Positions 19,772 through 34,600 of a stretch of 64,000 nt of DNA are shown here, piece by piece; within the stretch, counting starts at the first letter, position 1; every line of letters begins with the position of its first letter. The notes under the pieces were generated by a model. It was given only the letters and a program-made list of their open reading frames with translations, was not told the origin of the DNA and did no database searches. Origin of the DNA: a virus (Duplodnaviria; Caudoviricetes). Where the stretch lies: the IMG/VR virus record IMGVR_UViG_3300021514_000002, positions 96,001-160,000 of that record, one strand, 5' to 3'. Position numbers and translations under genes: made by a program.

Positions 19772-21900
19772 ATGGATAACGGAAAATATATTGTATTAAA
19801 CAGTAATAACATCATCATCTTTGATGCTACTTTGTCGCATAAAGAAGTTGCGGCAGGTTTTACTAATAGTGAAGTTACATCTGCAGGTTTCATTGTGACT
19901 GATGTTGACAGCGATGGCGAAGTGCGTGTTCAATGTTTCGGTAAAAGTGTTACGTTAGGTGGGATACCTTCTGATCCAGAAAACGATACCAGCCTTGCTA
20001 AGTATGCAATTGGTCGGTATTAATACAATCCTTCGCTAAATAATTCGGTGTCACTACCATTACGATCAGCATTAAAAGGTTGGCCCGATTCTTTAACAAC
20101 TTGAAGGGCTTCTTCCCTTGTCAAAAACTCACCAAATTGATTAATGAATTCTTGTTCCCAACGTTCATTTTTTCTTAATGGTTTGAATTCTTCATCCATG
20201 TGTTGAATTTGGTTGCGCATAACACTATCAAAATGTCTTGCACCGCAAAGAATCACGTCATTAAAACGATTCGCAGCACATACAACAATTTGTTGTGGTT
20301 TTATAAGCCCATTATCTGTCCAGTAATCACCCATTAAATTTGTTTCATCGTTTTAGTTGACCATGCCTGTGCTAAAGCATTTACCTCATTTCCTAAAATC
20401 CATTGACCTGTTTCCACAAAAAACCAAGTACTGAAAAGTAAGGTTTTGCGTATTTCTACGGTTCGTTTCTTTTTCCACCAGAATATACCAGTTTCAATGT
20501 CGATTGTAGCATGGAATACTTCATTACCAACATTATTCTTTGTAATGGCTGTTAATTCAAAATTACTAATTTTCATACTGCTTCCCTACTACCAAGTTAA
20601 TGTGCTAATCCAAATCTTAGCATCTTGGCCTGTGATTTCCTTAAATGTTTCTTTTAATCTATCAATTTCCCCTTGATTCCATTGAAATGGATTGGGCTTG
20701 TCTGTGCCACTAGTAGCATAGAAAAAACCTATAACAGCAAGTGGATCGTTACGACCTTCGTGATAAGGTGCACACATTTGTAATTCTTCATCTTCAACCA
20801 ATTCGTCTACGTCTACGTTTTTAAAATCCATACGATGCAATCCTACCATGATGGCAGCTTGGTAATCAACTTTCATTATTTAATTCCTGTACTTTGTTTT
20901 AGTAATTCGTATGCCAATGTTTCCAATGCAGTCCATTCTTCCATTCCAACCTCAACTAATAATCCTTTAAGTTCAAGATCATTAATGGCTTGCCTGATTA
21001 AGGTTGGATCAAAGACACCAGATAGTTCTGATGGTGTTTCACTTTTTAACACTGTTCGCATTTGTTTTGTTATTTCGGCCATGCTTATTTTCCTTAACCC
21101 TGTTGATACCCGGTGATACTATAAGTAGGCAATATCCAATAATTCCATTCAAATGCTTCGTATTTACCTTTACGGTCGCGACGCCGGAACCAAACAGTTG
21201 CAGTTTCATCGGGTTCCATTGTTGGAAATATTACTTTAATGCCACCTGCGCGCAGTTCTAATACTTCTGCTTCTTCACCGCGACACAATTTACCATCTTG
21301 GAATACCCAGATTATATCACCTTTCTTCATGTTATTACCTATTAAGTTAATAAGTCAATGGATATTTCATCCGCGACTTCTGGTACGTGTTGCTCTTCTT
21401 CAAATTCAATTTGTGAAGTATTACATGCACCTGTTGATTCCAAGAAACGTTTGATGGTATAATCGTCCCCGCGAAAGCGGACACGATTGCCCACTGTTAC
21501 TATTTTACCTGTACTATCATAATGCATTGTATTATCCTTATGTTTCTTTGAAAGTGTAGCTTAACACAACTTAAATCATAAATCAACCCTTGACTTTGCA
21601 ACCTAATTTTATTATAGTGTGTACCTTAAATAAAAAAGAGGAAATAACATGGGATTTTGGAAATCATTAGGATATTCAATATCACTAATTATAGGTTTAC
21701 TATTAGTGGTATTTGACTATTTTTTAGTAACGCCAATGAAGGCAAGCACGGCGGTGCTACAACTTGAAGATTCAGCCGCCTTATATGCTATTGGTGAAAA
21801 GGCTGCTACGTCAAATGTAAGTACTGTCATCTTTGTGGTTGGCTTACTATTGATTACAGGAAGTGTATATAAACTATTAACAGGAAAAATCAAAAAATGA
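19772..21900. other. Run of small hypothetical phage ORFs
   Basis: 19772..20023(+), 20020..20334, 20334..20576, 20589..20876, 20876..21082, 21094..21330, 21342..21527(-), and 21649..21900(+, two TM segments). Confidence 0.6.
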
Positions 21901-22916
21901 AAACATCAACAAAACTATTATCAATGCTGGTACCAATCGCCCTATTAACAGGTTGTCTTGGACCAGCAGAACTTCCAGTTACGGAAGAGATTAAACCAAA
22001 CGAAACGGCTTTCGTGATACCCTTAGAAGGTGCGTCAAAGTCTGGCCAAGGTAAATTTGATTCAGTAGATTTCTTACAAGAAAAGAAAGTTGCTGCCAAA
22101 CGCATCTATATTCCACTTAAAAAGATTTCCACTGGTAGAATGTGGTGGAGTTATAGATGGATTCCAACAGTACGTGTTATTAAAGTTGACCGCGCCCCTG
22201 TTACTTTAGTATGGGAAGACGATAACGCGATTAAAGTAGAATCAAGAGATTCTATTGGTTTTGGTGTAGGTCTAAATATTACCGCCATGGTTAAAGAATC
22301 TGATACTGCCAAATTCTTATATTACTATCCGTCAGGTGATCTTGATATCGTTCTTGCTAATATTGTTCGTTCTAAATCTACCGAATTATTAGGTAATAAG
22401 TTCGCTAAATATGACCTTGAAGGTGGTGAGATTACAGATCCTGAAACAGGCAAAAAAGTACTTGTTGAAGGTGCACGTCAAAAGAAAGGTGAAGTTGTCT
22501 CCGAAACTAAGGTAGCGTTAATTGAATACTTTGTTGAAACTGGTGTTACTATTTCTACTTTTGGTTTAGTTGGTGGACTGTCTTATGAAGATAATGAAAT
22601 TCAGATAGCAATTAATAAAAACTTCAAGTCTGAATTGGATATTAAGAACAAGGCGAATATTCGTCTGGGACAGGAAGAAACTAATGCCAATTTGATTGCT
22701 ATTGCCACCGCTGAAAAAGAGGCGGCTAACCAGTTTAAACTTGCCGCAGAGGCGCGTACTAAACAGGTTCGTTTAGAAATTGAACGTATGGCAGCAGAAG
22801 CTGATCTTGCTCGCGCTAAACGATGGGATGGTAAGCTACCAGATGATATGTTGATGTTACCAGCAGGCGCAGATCCTGGATTCATATTGAATTTGAAAGG
22901 CAAACCTGCCAAGTAA
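21897..22916 (+). CDS. SPFH/band-7-like lipoprotein
   Basis: LLTGC lipobox, central SPFH-like domain, Ala/Glu coiled coil, and RWDGKLP tail. Confidence 0.7.
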   Translation: MKTSTKLLSMLVPIALLTGCLGPAELPVTEEIKPNETAFVIPLEGASKSGQGKFDSVDFLQEKKVAAKRIYIPLKKISTGRMWWSYRWIPTVRVIKVDRAPVTLVWEDDNAIKVESRDSIGFGVGLNITAMVKESDTAKFLYYYPSGDLDIVLANIVRSKSTELLGNKFAKYDLEGGEITDPETGKKVLVEGARQKKGEVVSETKVALIEYFVETGVTISTFGLVGGLSYEDNEIQIAINKNFKSELDIKNKANIRLGQEETNANLIAIATAEKEAANQFKLAAEARTKQVRLEIERMAAEADLARAKRWDGKLPDDMLMLPAGADPGFILNLKGKPAK

Positions 22917-22936
22917 TCTTATCCTTAATAACCATA

Positions 22937-22968
22937 AAAAAAGGGTGCCTTTAAAGGCACCCTTTTTT
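22937..22968. terminator. Bidirectional rho-independent terminator
   Basis: aaaaaagggtgcctttaaaggcaccctttttt, a perfect inverted repeat. Confidence 0.85.
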
Positions 22969-23029
22969 ATTGCTTGACAATTAGGTTACAATTTGTTATA
23001 GTGTATACATCTTAACAAATGAGGTAAAA

Positions 23030-25057
23030 ATGATGCAATTAACTATTATCGGATACCGTCCTAATAACAACGAATATGCTTGTGGTTGTCATGTAGGATC
23101 TTCTGACTCAGATTTTCAAATCAATTACCCAAAAAGTAAAGTTTCTGCAATTAAAGATCTTGCAAATATTTTATTTGATGACATGTGCGGTGACTGTGAT
23201 GATGCGCCATATGAAATTACTATTTTAATTGATGGCATCGAACCTTCTAACAAAGAACAAATGGATATTGTTGAAAATGTTATGGAACAAGCTAAAATTC
23301 GTGCAAATGAATTATTTACCGAACATCAACGAAAAAATGATGAATATAACCGACGCATTAAGGAAGAAGAAGCTAAGAAACAGCGCGAACGGGATCTTAA
23401 ACAGTTAGCTGAACTTAAAGCTAAATTAGAGGTTGAATAATGGGCAAAATTAAATCCACTGAACATACAACAAAACGAATCATAGCCATGGTAGAATCTG
23501 GGGAGTATGATCCTGCTGTCATTCAACATATGATCGATTCTATTATAGTGAATCGGGATCAGCGCATTCAACAATTGAAAAAGAAAATACAACCAAAAGA
23601 ATTTAATATGTCCATAAAGATTGTCACTGGAGCATTGCGAGCATGTATTAATGATCATGGTCCAATTTCATCAAAGTGGATTGGTTCCGCAGCTAAGCGA
23701 ATTTATGGCAATTGTCAGCAAGCTGTCAATGAATCCATTCCCGTGGTAAGAATAGATAACCCTGCGGTTAGTGTTGTCTACGATCAGACTACTACCCATA
23801 AATTGACAGTGGCACGAGATGGTAATATCAGGATTAAAATAGCTAAAGGGTCTTCTGATGCGGTAGGTGATTATATTATTGACGCATTAAAAAAGGTAGC
23901 AGAAAAAGCCCTTGAGTTAGACATGGGTACGTTACGTGGTAGTGTTGATAAGAGCGATTTACATAATAAAATCACTCTTTACACTAATTCAAAAAAAGAA
24001 TATGTTACGTTCACTTATTAAATCCTTGACTTTGTAACCTAATTCGGGCATAATATACACATCTTAACGATAAAGGAAAAGACAATGTTTGATGAAAAAG
24101 AAGAGAAACATGAAAGCTTTGGTATGATGGGATTTTCCCGTGTTCAATGTTCTGGTGATGGTCAGGTTCTACATGGTTCTGATTTGAAACATAACACCAT
24201 AATCCGCATGACTCTTTCCCATGGTACAAAGAAACGTGGTCTGTCACATGACTGGTATCATGCAGAAGACACAATCGTAGAAGTTGAAATGTCACAGAAT
24301 CAATTTTCTGAAATGATTACTTCTATGAACATGGGTTCTGGTATTCCTGTGACCTTGAACTATACAGAAAAGGATGGTCGTTTAGAATCCCCTGAATTTG
24401 TTTCTGTTGTAGAAATCCATGAAAATGAATTTAAACAACAGACCAAAGATACTGTCAAGGATATGGAAGACTTGCTTACTGCCATGAAAGATCTCTTATC
24501 AGGTTCTGGTACTGTCAAGAAAGCAGACCGTGAAACCATGATTAATCAGGCAGAAAAAGTTGTCCGTGAAATCGGTTCTAACATGCCTTATATGGAAAAA
24601 TGTTTCGCTGAATCCATGGACAAAGTTGTTACTGATGCCAAGGGTAATATCGAAGCATTCTATCAACATCGTGTTATTGCCGCAGGACTTGAAGCCTTAG
24701 AAAATGGCAATGAACCTAAGTTAATCGAAAAAAACTAACATGTATAGTATATTATCTTATATCGCCATCTTCATAGTAATAACGATAGGTATATTACTAC
24801 GTCGCAGGAAAACCCGCGTGCGCAAAATTATAGTTGCATCTTTCAATGAAATACTATATAATAGATCTAGCGTAAAATTGTTTCTTCAAGGTAAACTCAA
24901 ACAACCCGATGGAAATATCACATTGGATGAGTTCTATGAACAATGTAAGAAGAATAATATTGAAGAATATATGCCAATGGATAACGAAAACAAGAAATAT
25001 GTTAATAGTATACTATATCAACATCTTACTGGAAAGATGTTAATTAAAAAAGAATAA
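23030..25057 (+). other. Four hypothetical CDSs (23030..23440, 23440..24021, 24085..24738, 24740..25057)
   Basis: Long co-directional ORFs; sigma70 promoters at 22974-23002 and 24026-24054. Confidence 0.65.
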
Positions 25058-25084
25058 TCTAAAAAATAATAATTAATAATTTAA

Positions 25085-26722
<1,638 letters not shown>

Positions 26723-27572
26723 CACAGGTATAAACGGGAATAGACAATGGACACGATGACAACAAATGCAGCCAAGATTTTATTGGCAGCAAATTACAAA
26801 GGTGCGGAATACTTAGGTATGGATGGTTATATGAACCCGTGCATCTACGTAGGCCGCGAGCCAATTGTCATTGAAGCTTTATACGATACTGCCGAAGGCA
26901 ACGAACAGGCTGATGTTATTGAAAATTGGTTAAAAACTAACTGTTATCAACTATGGTCAGATATGATGCCAGACAGCGGTACTCGTATTGAATGGCTTAA
27001 ACTTTGTTTGGAACAGTTAAAATTTACAGTGCATGATTAATTATGAATAACGTTAACGCCCAAAACTACTGCGATGATCCACCTGATATCGAAGCTTGGT
27101 TTGATAAAGGCATAGAACAAGGTGCAACGCACATGTTTGTGGTGTGTGAAAACGTAAACATTAGTCCTGTTTATACAATACCCCCTAACGACATTAGTCC
27201 TGTCTATGTAATACCCCCTACCGATTTTCATCGTATTGAACAACTATGTTGTATTGCTGGACATATTATGAATCTATATGACCTTTCACGACCATTTAAA
27301 GAACAGAAAGGAAATTATGAATAGTATTGAAGATTGTTTAAATTGTTTGGTTGAGACTTTTAGTGAATGCCACGATGTCAGGTGTGTTCCCAGTGTACTT
27401 ATAGGTGGTGGGTTTGTATATCGTGTAACTGTTACTAATTTGCCCAACGCAAATGTTTATTCTTGTAGAGATACGTCATATTTAAAAGCGTTCATTGGTG
27501 TCATTGGTAAAATTAAATTAGATGTAGACATGTCCACATGTCGGACTTCAAAAGATGTTTAAATAAATTTAC

Positions 27573-27711
27573 GGACGGAGAAGCGGGGTAAATGCGGACA
27601 TGGAAACTAAGCTGACTTGGAATACCCGCCATAATTGTGCATGTCGCGGCCATTTGAGCGTACAATCTTAGGCAAGGTTAGCGATTGGGTTCGAATCCCA
27701 CCCGTCCACCA
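27573..27711 (+). ncRNA. tRNA-like RNA B (139 nt, CCA end)
   Basis: GGACGG...TGGG-TTCGAAT-CCCA-C-CCGTCC-A-CCA with a canonical T-loop. No canonical anticodon arm recognised. Confidence 0.7.
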
Positions 27712-28231
27712 TTTTAAATAGAGTGATGTATATGAATACAGATCAAACCATAATATTAGCAATCTTCTTATCATTTGTTCTTTTTGCAGGCAATCCTGAT
27801 TTAATGGACGTGTTTATACAATGGATAATAAAAAATCATGATTAAACGAATCATTCCTGAACACGATCTTTTGGCATTAGAAAATGCAAGGGTTAAATTA
27901 TATAAATTGTTTCCTGATTTGGATCCTGCTACTATTATAGAATTACATAGCATAACTGCCCCAATGTGGAAAGTTGCCAACAAGAAATATCCTATAGTAA
28001 CGGATAGTGATTCTTCTGATAATGAAGAAAAAATTCGTACTTATGAAGCGTTTTTGCATAAATTGCAGATGTTTGTCCAAGTGACACTGGATAAGAAATC
28101 GGTTAGCAAATTAATATCAAATGCTTGTGATTGGAGTTATGCTCATCGTGTAGGCAATGGTCAATATTCAGACAGAGAACAACAAGCTATTATTGACAAA
28201 GTATTTAAGAAATTAACCGATACTTAACCAT

Positions 28232-28387
28232 ATGCCCATAACCAATCAAACTGCAGTAATTCAAGCACTTGCTAATATAAGATTAGAATCCCTTATAGTA
28301 TCAGACGATATATTAAGATTGATTGAAAAGGGGATGACTGATGCCGTTATTGATACTACATATATTTTAAATTATCTGCGCAGTTAA
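28232..28387 (+). CDS. Small protein resembling VbhA/FicA-type antitoxins
   Basis: Manual translation MPITNQTAVIQALANIRLESLIVSDDILRLIEKG...IDTTYILNYLRS (51 aa); below the ORF-track cut-off. Confidence 0.4.
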   Translation: MPITNQTAVIQALANIRLESLIVSDDILRLIEKGMTDAVIDTTYILNYLRS

Positions 28388-28670
28388 TGGGCGATTATGT
28401 ATAAATAATCAATAACAATGAGGAATTGATTATGAAAGTATCTGATATCTTAAAAGAAGCTGTTATTGATATTACTCCAGAGCTTAAACAACGACAAGAT
28501 GACCGCGAAGAACAGGCACGCGCTAAACGTTCTAAAGACCGTCTGGCCAAGCAGCAAGCCCGTAGAAAGGACAAAAAAGATCCAGATGAATTGGGTACGA
28601 AACGCCGTTCTAAACTAAGTCAGGTAGACCAGTTAAGGGATATTGCCAGACAACTTCGTAACCAAAATAC

Positions 28671-31600
28671 TTAATCTACCACCATCATTGCATCTTCAAA
28701 ACTGTCCGTTTTGTCTTCTGGAAGCATAATATATTCTATTGATAATTGTTGTTTGCCAGTGCCGCAACTAAAATCCACAAAGGTCGCTGAACAGATAAAG
28801 CAGCTCTTATCATTAATAATATTACTAAGATGCTGTTTCATTTTTGTTTGATTTTCGGCAGTTGCATCGTTTGAATTTTTATTCGCCATTCTTCAAGCCC
28901 TTGATTTTATCAGATAAATCCTTTGAATATAGGTATACCCACTCGCTTTCATTTAATGGATGATTTGTCATTGCAATCCAATCGTCTTGCATCACTACCA
29001 GAACTGCTTCAATTGCCGCGTTCCATGCTTCGGGGGTTGTGGAGTTTGGCGCGCCACTGTATTTTGATTTCCACCATTCTTTAAATTTTAGTTCACTTTG
29101 GTCATCCAGTGGCTTGTCTATTAATATTTCTATCATCTTTCTTTTCCATTCTGTTTTTAATGGGCGTTCGTTTTCAAGGATATCATTACAAAAATTAGAT
29201 AATAAAACAAAACATTCACTTTGTTGTTCTGGTGGTTTGTATGTTGCATTTGTAATATGCCAATCAATATCATCCTGCCAATGTTCTGGAATAACTTCTT
29301 TAATTTGTCGTGCTACTTCTGCTGCATGTCTCATATTTTATTCTCACTTATTTTATTGCGATAGTGTTATGAAAGTTTATAACAACGATTTTCATTATTC
29401 GTCTTTCAATTCTGGGTTTTCATATATATTGCCAATAATTTCAAAATCAAAGTCAGGTATTAAACCACACCCAAAATTTATAAAGTTGAATATTGGAATA
29501 CCTTGTGGTTGTATTGCACTTCTATCTTGTGCTATACTAACATCAACATTTCTATAAACACACCACGATCCGTTAAAATTTCCCATTCTAACTTCACCCG
29601 TCCATGTTTCTGGAATTTCTTTATTATGTGATTTATTGAGCACTGTAATAATATCACCTGCATAGATTGGTGTCTCAACCTTGGTTTCTAATCCAGTGCA
29701 CAACATTAAAATAAATTCATCGCTTTCGCGCATGACATTATTAGCATAATCAAGAACATCAATACGACCATTTAAGTTAAGTTTATAACCATCCGCAAGT
29801 TGATAAATCATCATATTAAAACGTTTATCCCATGCCCTACATTTAATATTCATTTTTTAATCTTCTATTACTTGAATACATCTAATTTGACCTGGTGGTA
29901 TCCATACTCTACCATCGGAACCATTGGTAAATTTAAGACCAAAATTCACCCAAAATCCATCTTTTAAATCCTCAAAATTATCAGCAGTATAATCATCAAT
30001 AGGCAAAATATTAGGGTTAATAGACGCTTTGTAATGCTTGCTCATTCTTCTTTCTCCATTAAATCATAAGGGCAACCGTTTTGCATACAAACATTTTTGT
30101 CCTTTAAAGACCTATCACCACAATGGGCACATCTAACCCCCTCCACTTTATTTAAAGCCCATGTCGCATCTTCATAAGGTTCTTCTTTTTCGTGGTGTGT
30201 ATCTTGTTCGGGATATTCGCTCATGTTTTACTCTTTATTGGGACATCATAGGTGTGTGGATATAAATAATTTCGATTTTCGGGAGGATATCCTGTGGTCA
30301 TATGGATAGAATTATCTGTAACATTCTTATCTCTTTTTTGTAAGGCGTTAATTTCACACTCGTATCTTCTTAGCCGAACTTCCGCATAATTAATCAATGT
30401 TAATAAATCGGTTTCATCATCAAATTCCGTTAAGGTTTTTATTAAACGAAGCTTTGCCGCATTTAAGTTTGGCAATAATATTTCACTAACATTACTCACC
30501 GTTTTATATGTCTCAATAAGACTATCCCGTTTTTTGATTTCGTTTAATAAAATAGAAATCAATGATGTTTCTTGGTTCCAATCAGCTACGTCTATGCTTT
30601 CTAGATATTTCGCAGCTTCATCTATTACGCTCATATATCACCTTTTCTTGTAGATCTTCAATAGTCGCGTCGGAAAACCCAGTTTCCCACCCTTTACCAA
30701 AAATAAAAAATTTACGTTCAACCTGAAGCACTAATACCGGCGTTTTACAAAATCTATTTTCGATTCTATATTGCGTCTTACCTGTTAATATAGATTTCAT
30801 CCTATTGGTTTCCCAAAAAACGGCTGTTCCTCAATTTGATGAACAATACGATCATGTTTAACTTTAGCATCAAACACATGACCGCAACAATTACCAATAG
30901 TTCTCTCGCCTATGCCGTAATACGGTGTTTTTGCTTCTTTCCCACATTCGTCACAATAGACTCTGGTTACTGGTTCTGGTTGTGTTACTCGCATATATCA
31001 CCTTCGTTTGATATTTTCTTAAATTTCGTTGTTACGTTTTTTCTACTTCCTGAATAGTAATAACTCGACTGTCATATACATACTTTTCCACTGATTCGCC
31101 GTCTTGTAATGTTGTTACTTCTGTATCGGCATTGTCTTCGGTAATTACAATCTTTACCTCGTTGTTGTTGGCACAACAGGCGTCAATCGTTACACTGGTT
31201 GTCATCTTCTGATTCCTTTAAAGGTTGGTTAATATTTAGAATGATACTTCTGTTCGTTTTGTTTCCCATGTCACCATGTCACCATCTGTTTTAGAGATGG
31301 TACCATTGTCTGATTCATTATTGATTAATGATCCAACTTCTTCAATTAAGGCAGGGGTACAGGACAAGTCCAGAACTTCAATTGTAATGGTTACTACTGT
31401 TTTTGTGGCTTTCATACTATTCTCACGTATTAGGTTTATTAATTAAACAGGTTAACATAACGCCCCTGATTTGTCAATATTACTGCCGAGAGTTTTTCGG
31501 TTTACGTGGATGCTTTCGTCGAATTCCATGATAAATATCCACGCAGATACGCAGGCCAGCCAAGCCAACCAATAACATGATAATATAAGGCCACTTATCG

Positions 31601-34600
31601 ACCATACTTTTCTTCAATTGCGTTTTTTACTGCATCACGAAGTGTATTGCCTTCGCCTTCTATATAATAATTTCCAGTTGGATCATCTGTCATTAATATG
31701 TAGACAATGCATGTTTTTTCTTCTTTATCGCGTTCAACTTCCATATTAAAATGGTCAAATACTTCCAATAAAGTATCGGCATTGTCTAATGTGAAGTCTG
31801 TGTATACCCAGTTACCACCATTAGGTCTAGTTCCAATTTGAAATACGCCATCTTTCCAATGGTAGATCATATATCCCATGTCTTCTGCAAGATATTTAAG
31901 ATATCTATCGTTCATAATTGATTGGCCAATAGCGCAGTATCTTCTTCTTTGGATTCAAGACCAAGGGATTCGCTTTCACCATAACAATTTCCCGCTGCAT
32001 CAACAAAGCCTGCAGATATCGGCGTTCTTAAAACCCGAGTCCAGTTCCCGTAAGTCTGGTTTTTCATACCTTCAAGAGATTCCGCCATAACATCATGATT
32101 TACGGAATTTGGAAAGGTGAAAATCTCAAACTCATTGTCTTCGTTGATCATACATATATATTTCATTCATCCTCCCGGATTTTGTTTATCTTTAGTAACA
32201 GTTTTCTTAAATGTTGTCGGTCGTCTTCTGTTATATAATCAGATACCCGCTTCATGCGAGCAGACTTAAATCCACACGATGGACAACATTCTTTAGTATC
32301 CTTATCAGGTGGGTAATGTGTATCATACTCATGTGTACAATTATCACAAATCATCGTTGCAGGATACCCATAATTATAATTTGTAGCCATGGTTATGCTT
32401 CCTCCGTCGCCTTATGCCAAAGTCTATTCCATAGATATTGATCATCCTTGCCTTCTTCGGTTATACATTTTCCATCTTTAACCATCGACACGAAAAGAAA
32501 CTTCTCACCGTTAACGTGGTAATGATTCATCCCACATATTGCCCATTCATTTAATGGAGAGTTTTGCCATGGCATTACTTTATTCATTTCTATGTAAATT
32601 ATCCATCAATTCTTTCTTTATAATATCCCGCCTATCTTGATTACATAATCTGTGGAATTTATCAAGGTCGTAACCGCTTAATATACCATCATCGTCGATT
32701 AATTCTTTAAGTTTAGTTGCTTTGTTAGGACAAGATATGTTCAATAAGTCAGCAGCAAACTTGTATCCCGAGGCGTCTGTTTCACGCGCGTCAGGCGGGG
32801 GCATTGTTATTGTGACAATGACCGATATTCCAACCATAATGAACAGTAATATTATTTTAGTTACAGTATTCATTTTTATGTCTTAACTTTTAATGTCAAT
32901 TGTCTTTTTGGAATAGACATATAAGTAGGATTTTTATTAGTGCCAAAATTAACACGCACTAAACCAGCTTTAGTTATCTTTTGAACAACCCCAGTATGTG
33001 AAATATTGGTTAGTGGGGAATAGACAACTTCCCTGCCCTTTATAAACTCTTCGTCTAAGGCATTAATTGCCGTAAATAATTGGTTTCTGCCAACACGGGT
33101 ATAGCCGTTGGGCACACTCGGGTCTTCGTGCATATCCTTGAAATTCGCAGCTTTTTTAATCACAGCTGCCTGGTTTGCCATCGTATCAAGCAATTTGATT
33201 ATTCCCTGTTCAATACTATCAGCAGCAGGACATTTTATATTTTGTAAGCGCATTAGGGTTTTGAATTCAAACAGTAATGTCTGTGTTTTCTTGGTCATTT
33301 TTTTCTCCGTATATTTGTTGTCTGGTTAGTCGATTATTCTGACCATCTTTCGGCAAGTAAATCTGTACCAAATTTGGAAATTTTTTGCCTAATGTGATGA
33401 CCATTACCAAATATACGCTTCTCGCCATTTGGAGTCTTCGTATATTCGAGTTGTTCAATTAATCTGGAGGCTGCGTATAATGCGTTGCTTAATTCAACCT
33501 TTGCAGTTTCTAGATCCATTTGTTCAAGTTCTGCCCTTGTATAATTTACCATTACCATTCTCCATTAATCCACTTGCAGTTAATCGCCATCTATATGTCT
33601 GTCTCTTAACGCCTCAAAACATTTCTTTAGTATTCTATTTGTAACGGGCAGATATGCGTCGTTAGTTAAAACATCGCGTAATCCTTCTTTTGTATTTTTA
33701 GCGAAGATATAACCATCAGTGATAGCAACTAAAAACCATCTTTCATCGTTATCCTTGTCAGATCCTGCAATATATCCAATTTGAGCAACAGTCGTAGCAA
33801 TATAATCAATAGTATGGTGTGGTTTTTCATTATTAATGAAAGTCACATAACGACCAGCTTTCACATCACTCGTACCCCAAGTAATTTTCATTTCTCACTT
33901 CCTTTCTTATGTAATTTAATCCACATATCTTTAGGATGTAGCCTTTCCCAGACAGGCATTGGCAATCTATCACCCACCACCCTGCATAATAAGCTGTCTA
34001 ATTCCATATGACGATCCCCATCGTAGAATGGGGCAAATCTAATCAGATAAGCCCCATTGTCTTTAGGTAATCCAATATTTTCCACTGTTCTTTGCATAAT
34101 CATTAGGTTAACATATTATACACTCTTTGTCAATTATGATAAATAGAATCACTAGACAATTGGAATTTAATCATGACGCAAAGATTTAAAGAATATCTTA
34201 TAGAAATACTAGACAAGGGCATCCATTTAGATGACGTTAAAGATGACGAAATTGATGATCTTGACCATAAGGCACCTAATCCACCTAAAGGTATTGAAGA
34301 TACAGCCGAACGTTTTATGCATCTACAGAACAAGGTGCTTGCCATGATTCCACAAGATGAGTTTCCTGAAAATAGCGAAGAAATGATGGCTCTTAACCGA
34401 TTAATATATGATAATATCTTAGAAATTCGCACAGATATTCCTAGAAATGTTATCACCCGTTGGAAACAAATGGCACCTACCCGCAAAGCGCGCGAATTAG
34501 AAAATCCTTACAATTATACTTAAAAGCCACCCATTTGTTGCTTCTTTGATTTAAAGAAACTAATACGTTTCTTTTTAATAGGGAAGCAACTCATGTCTTT

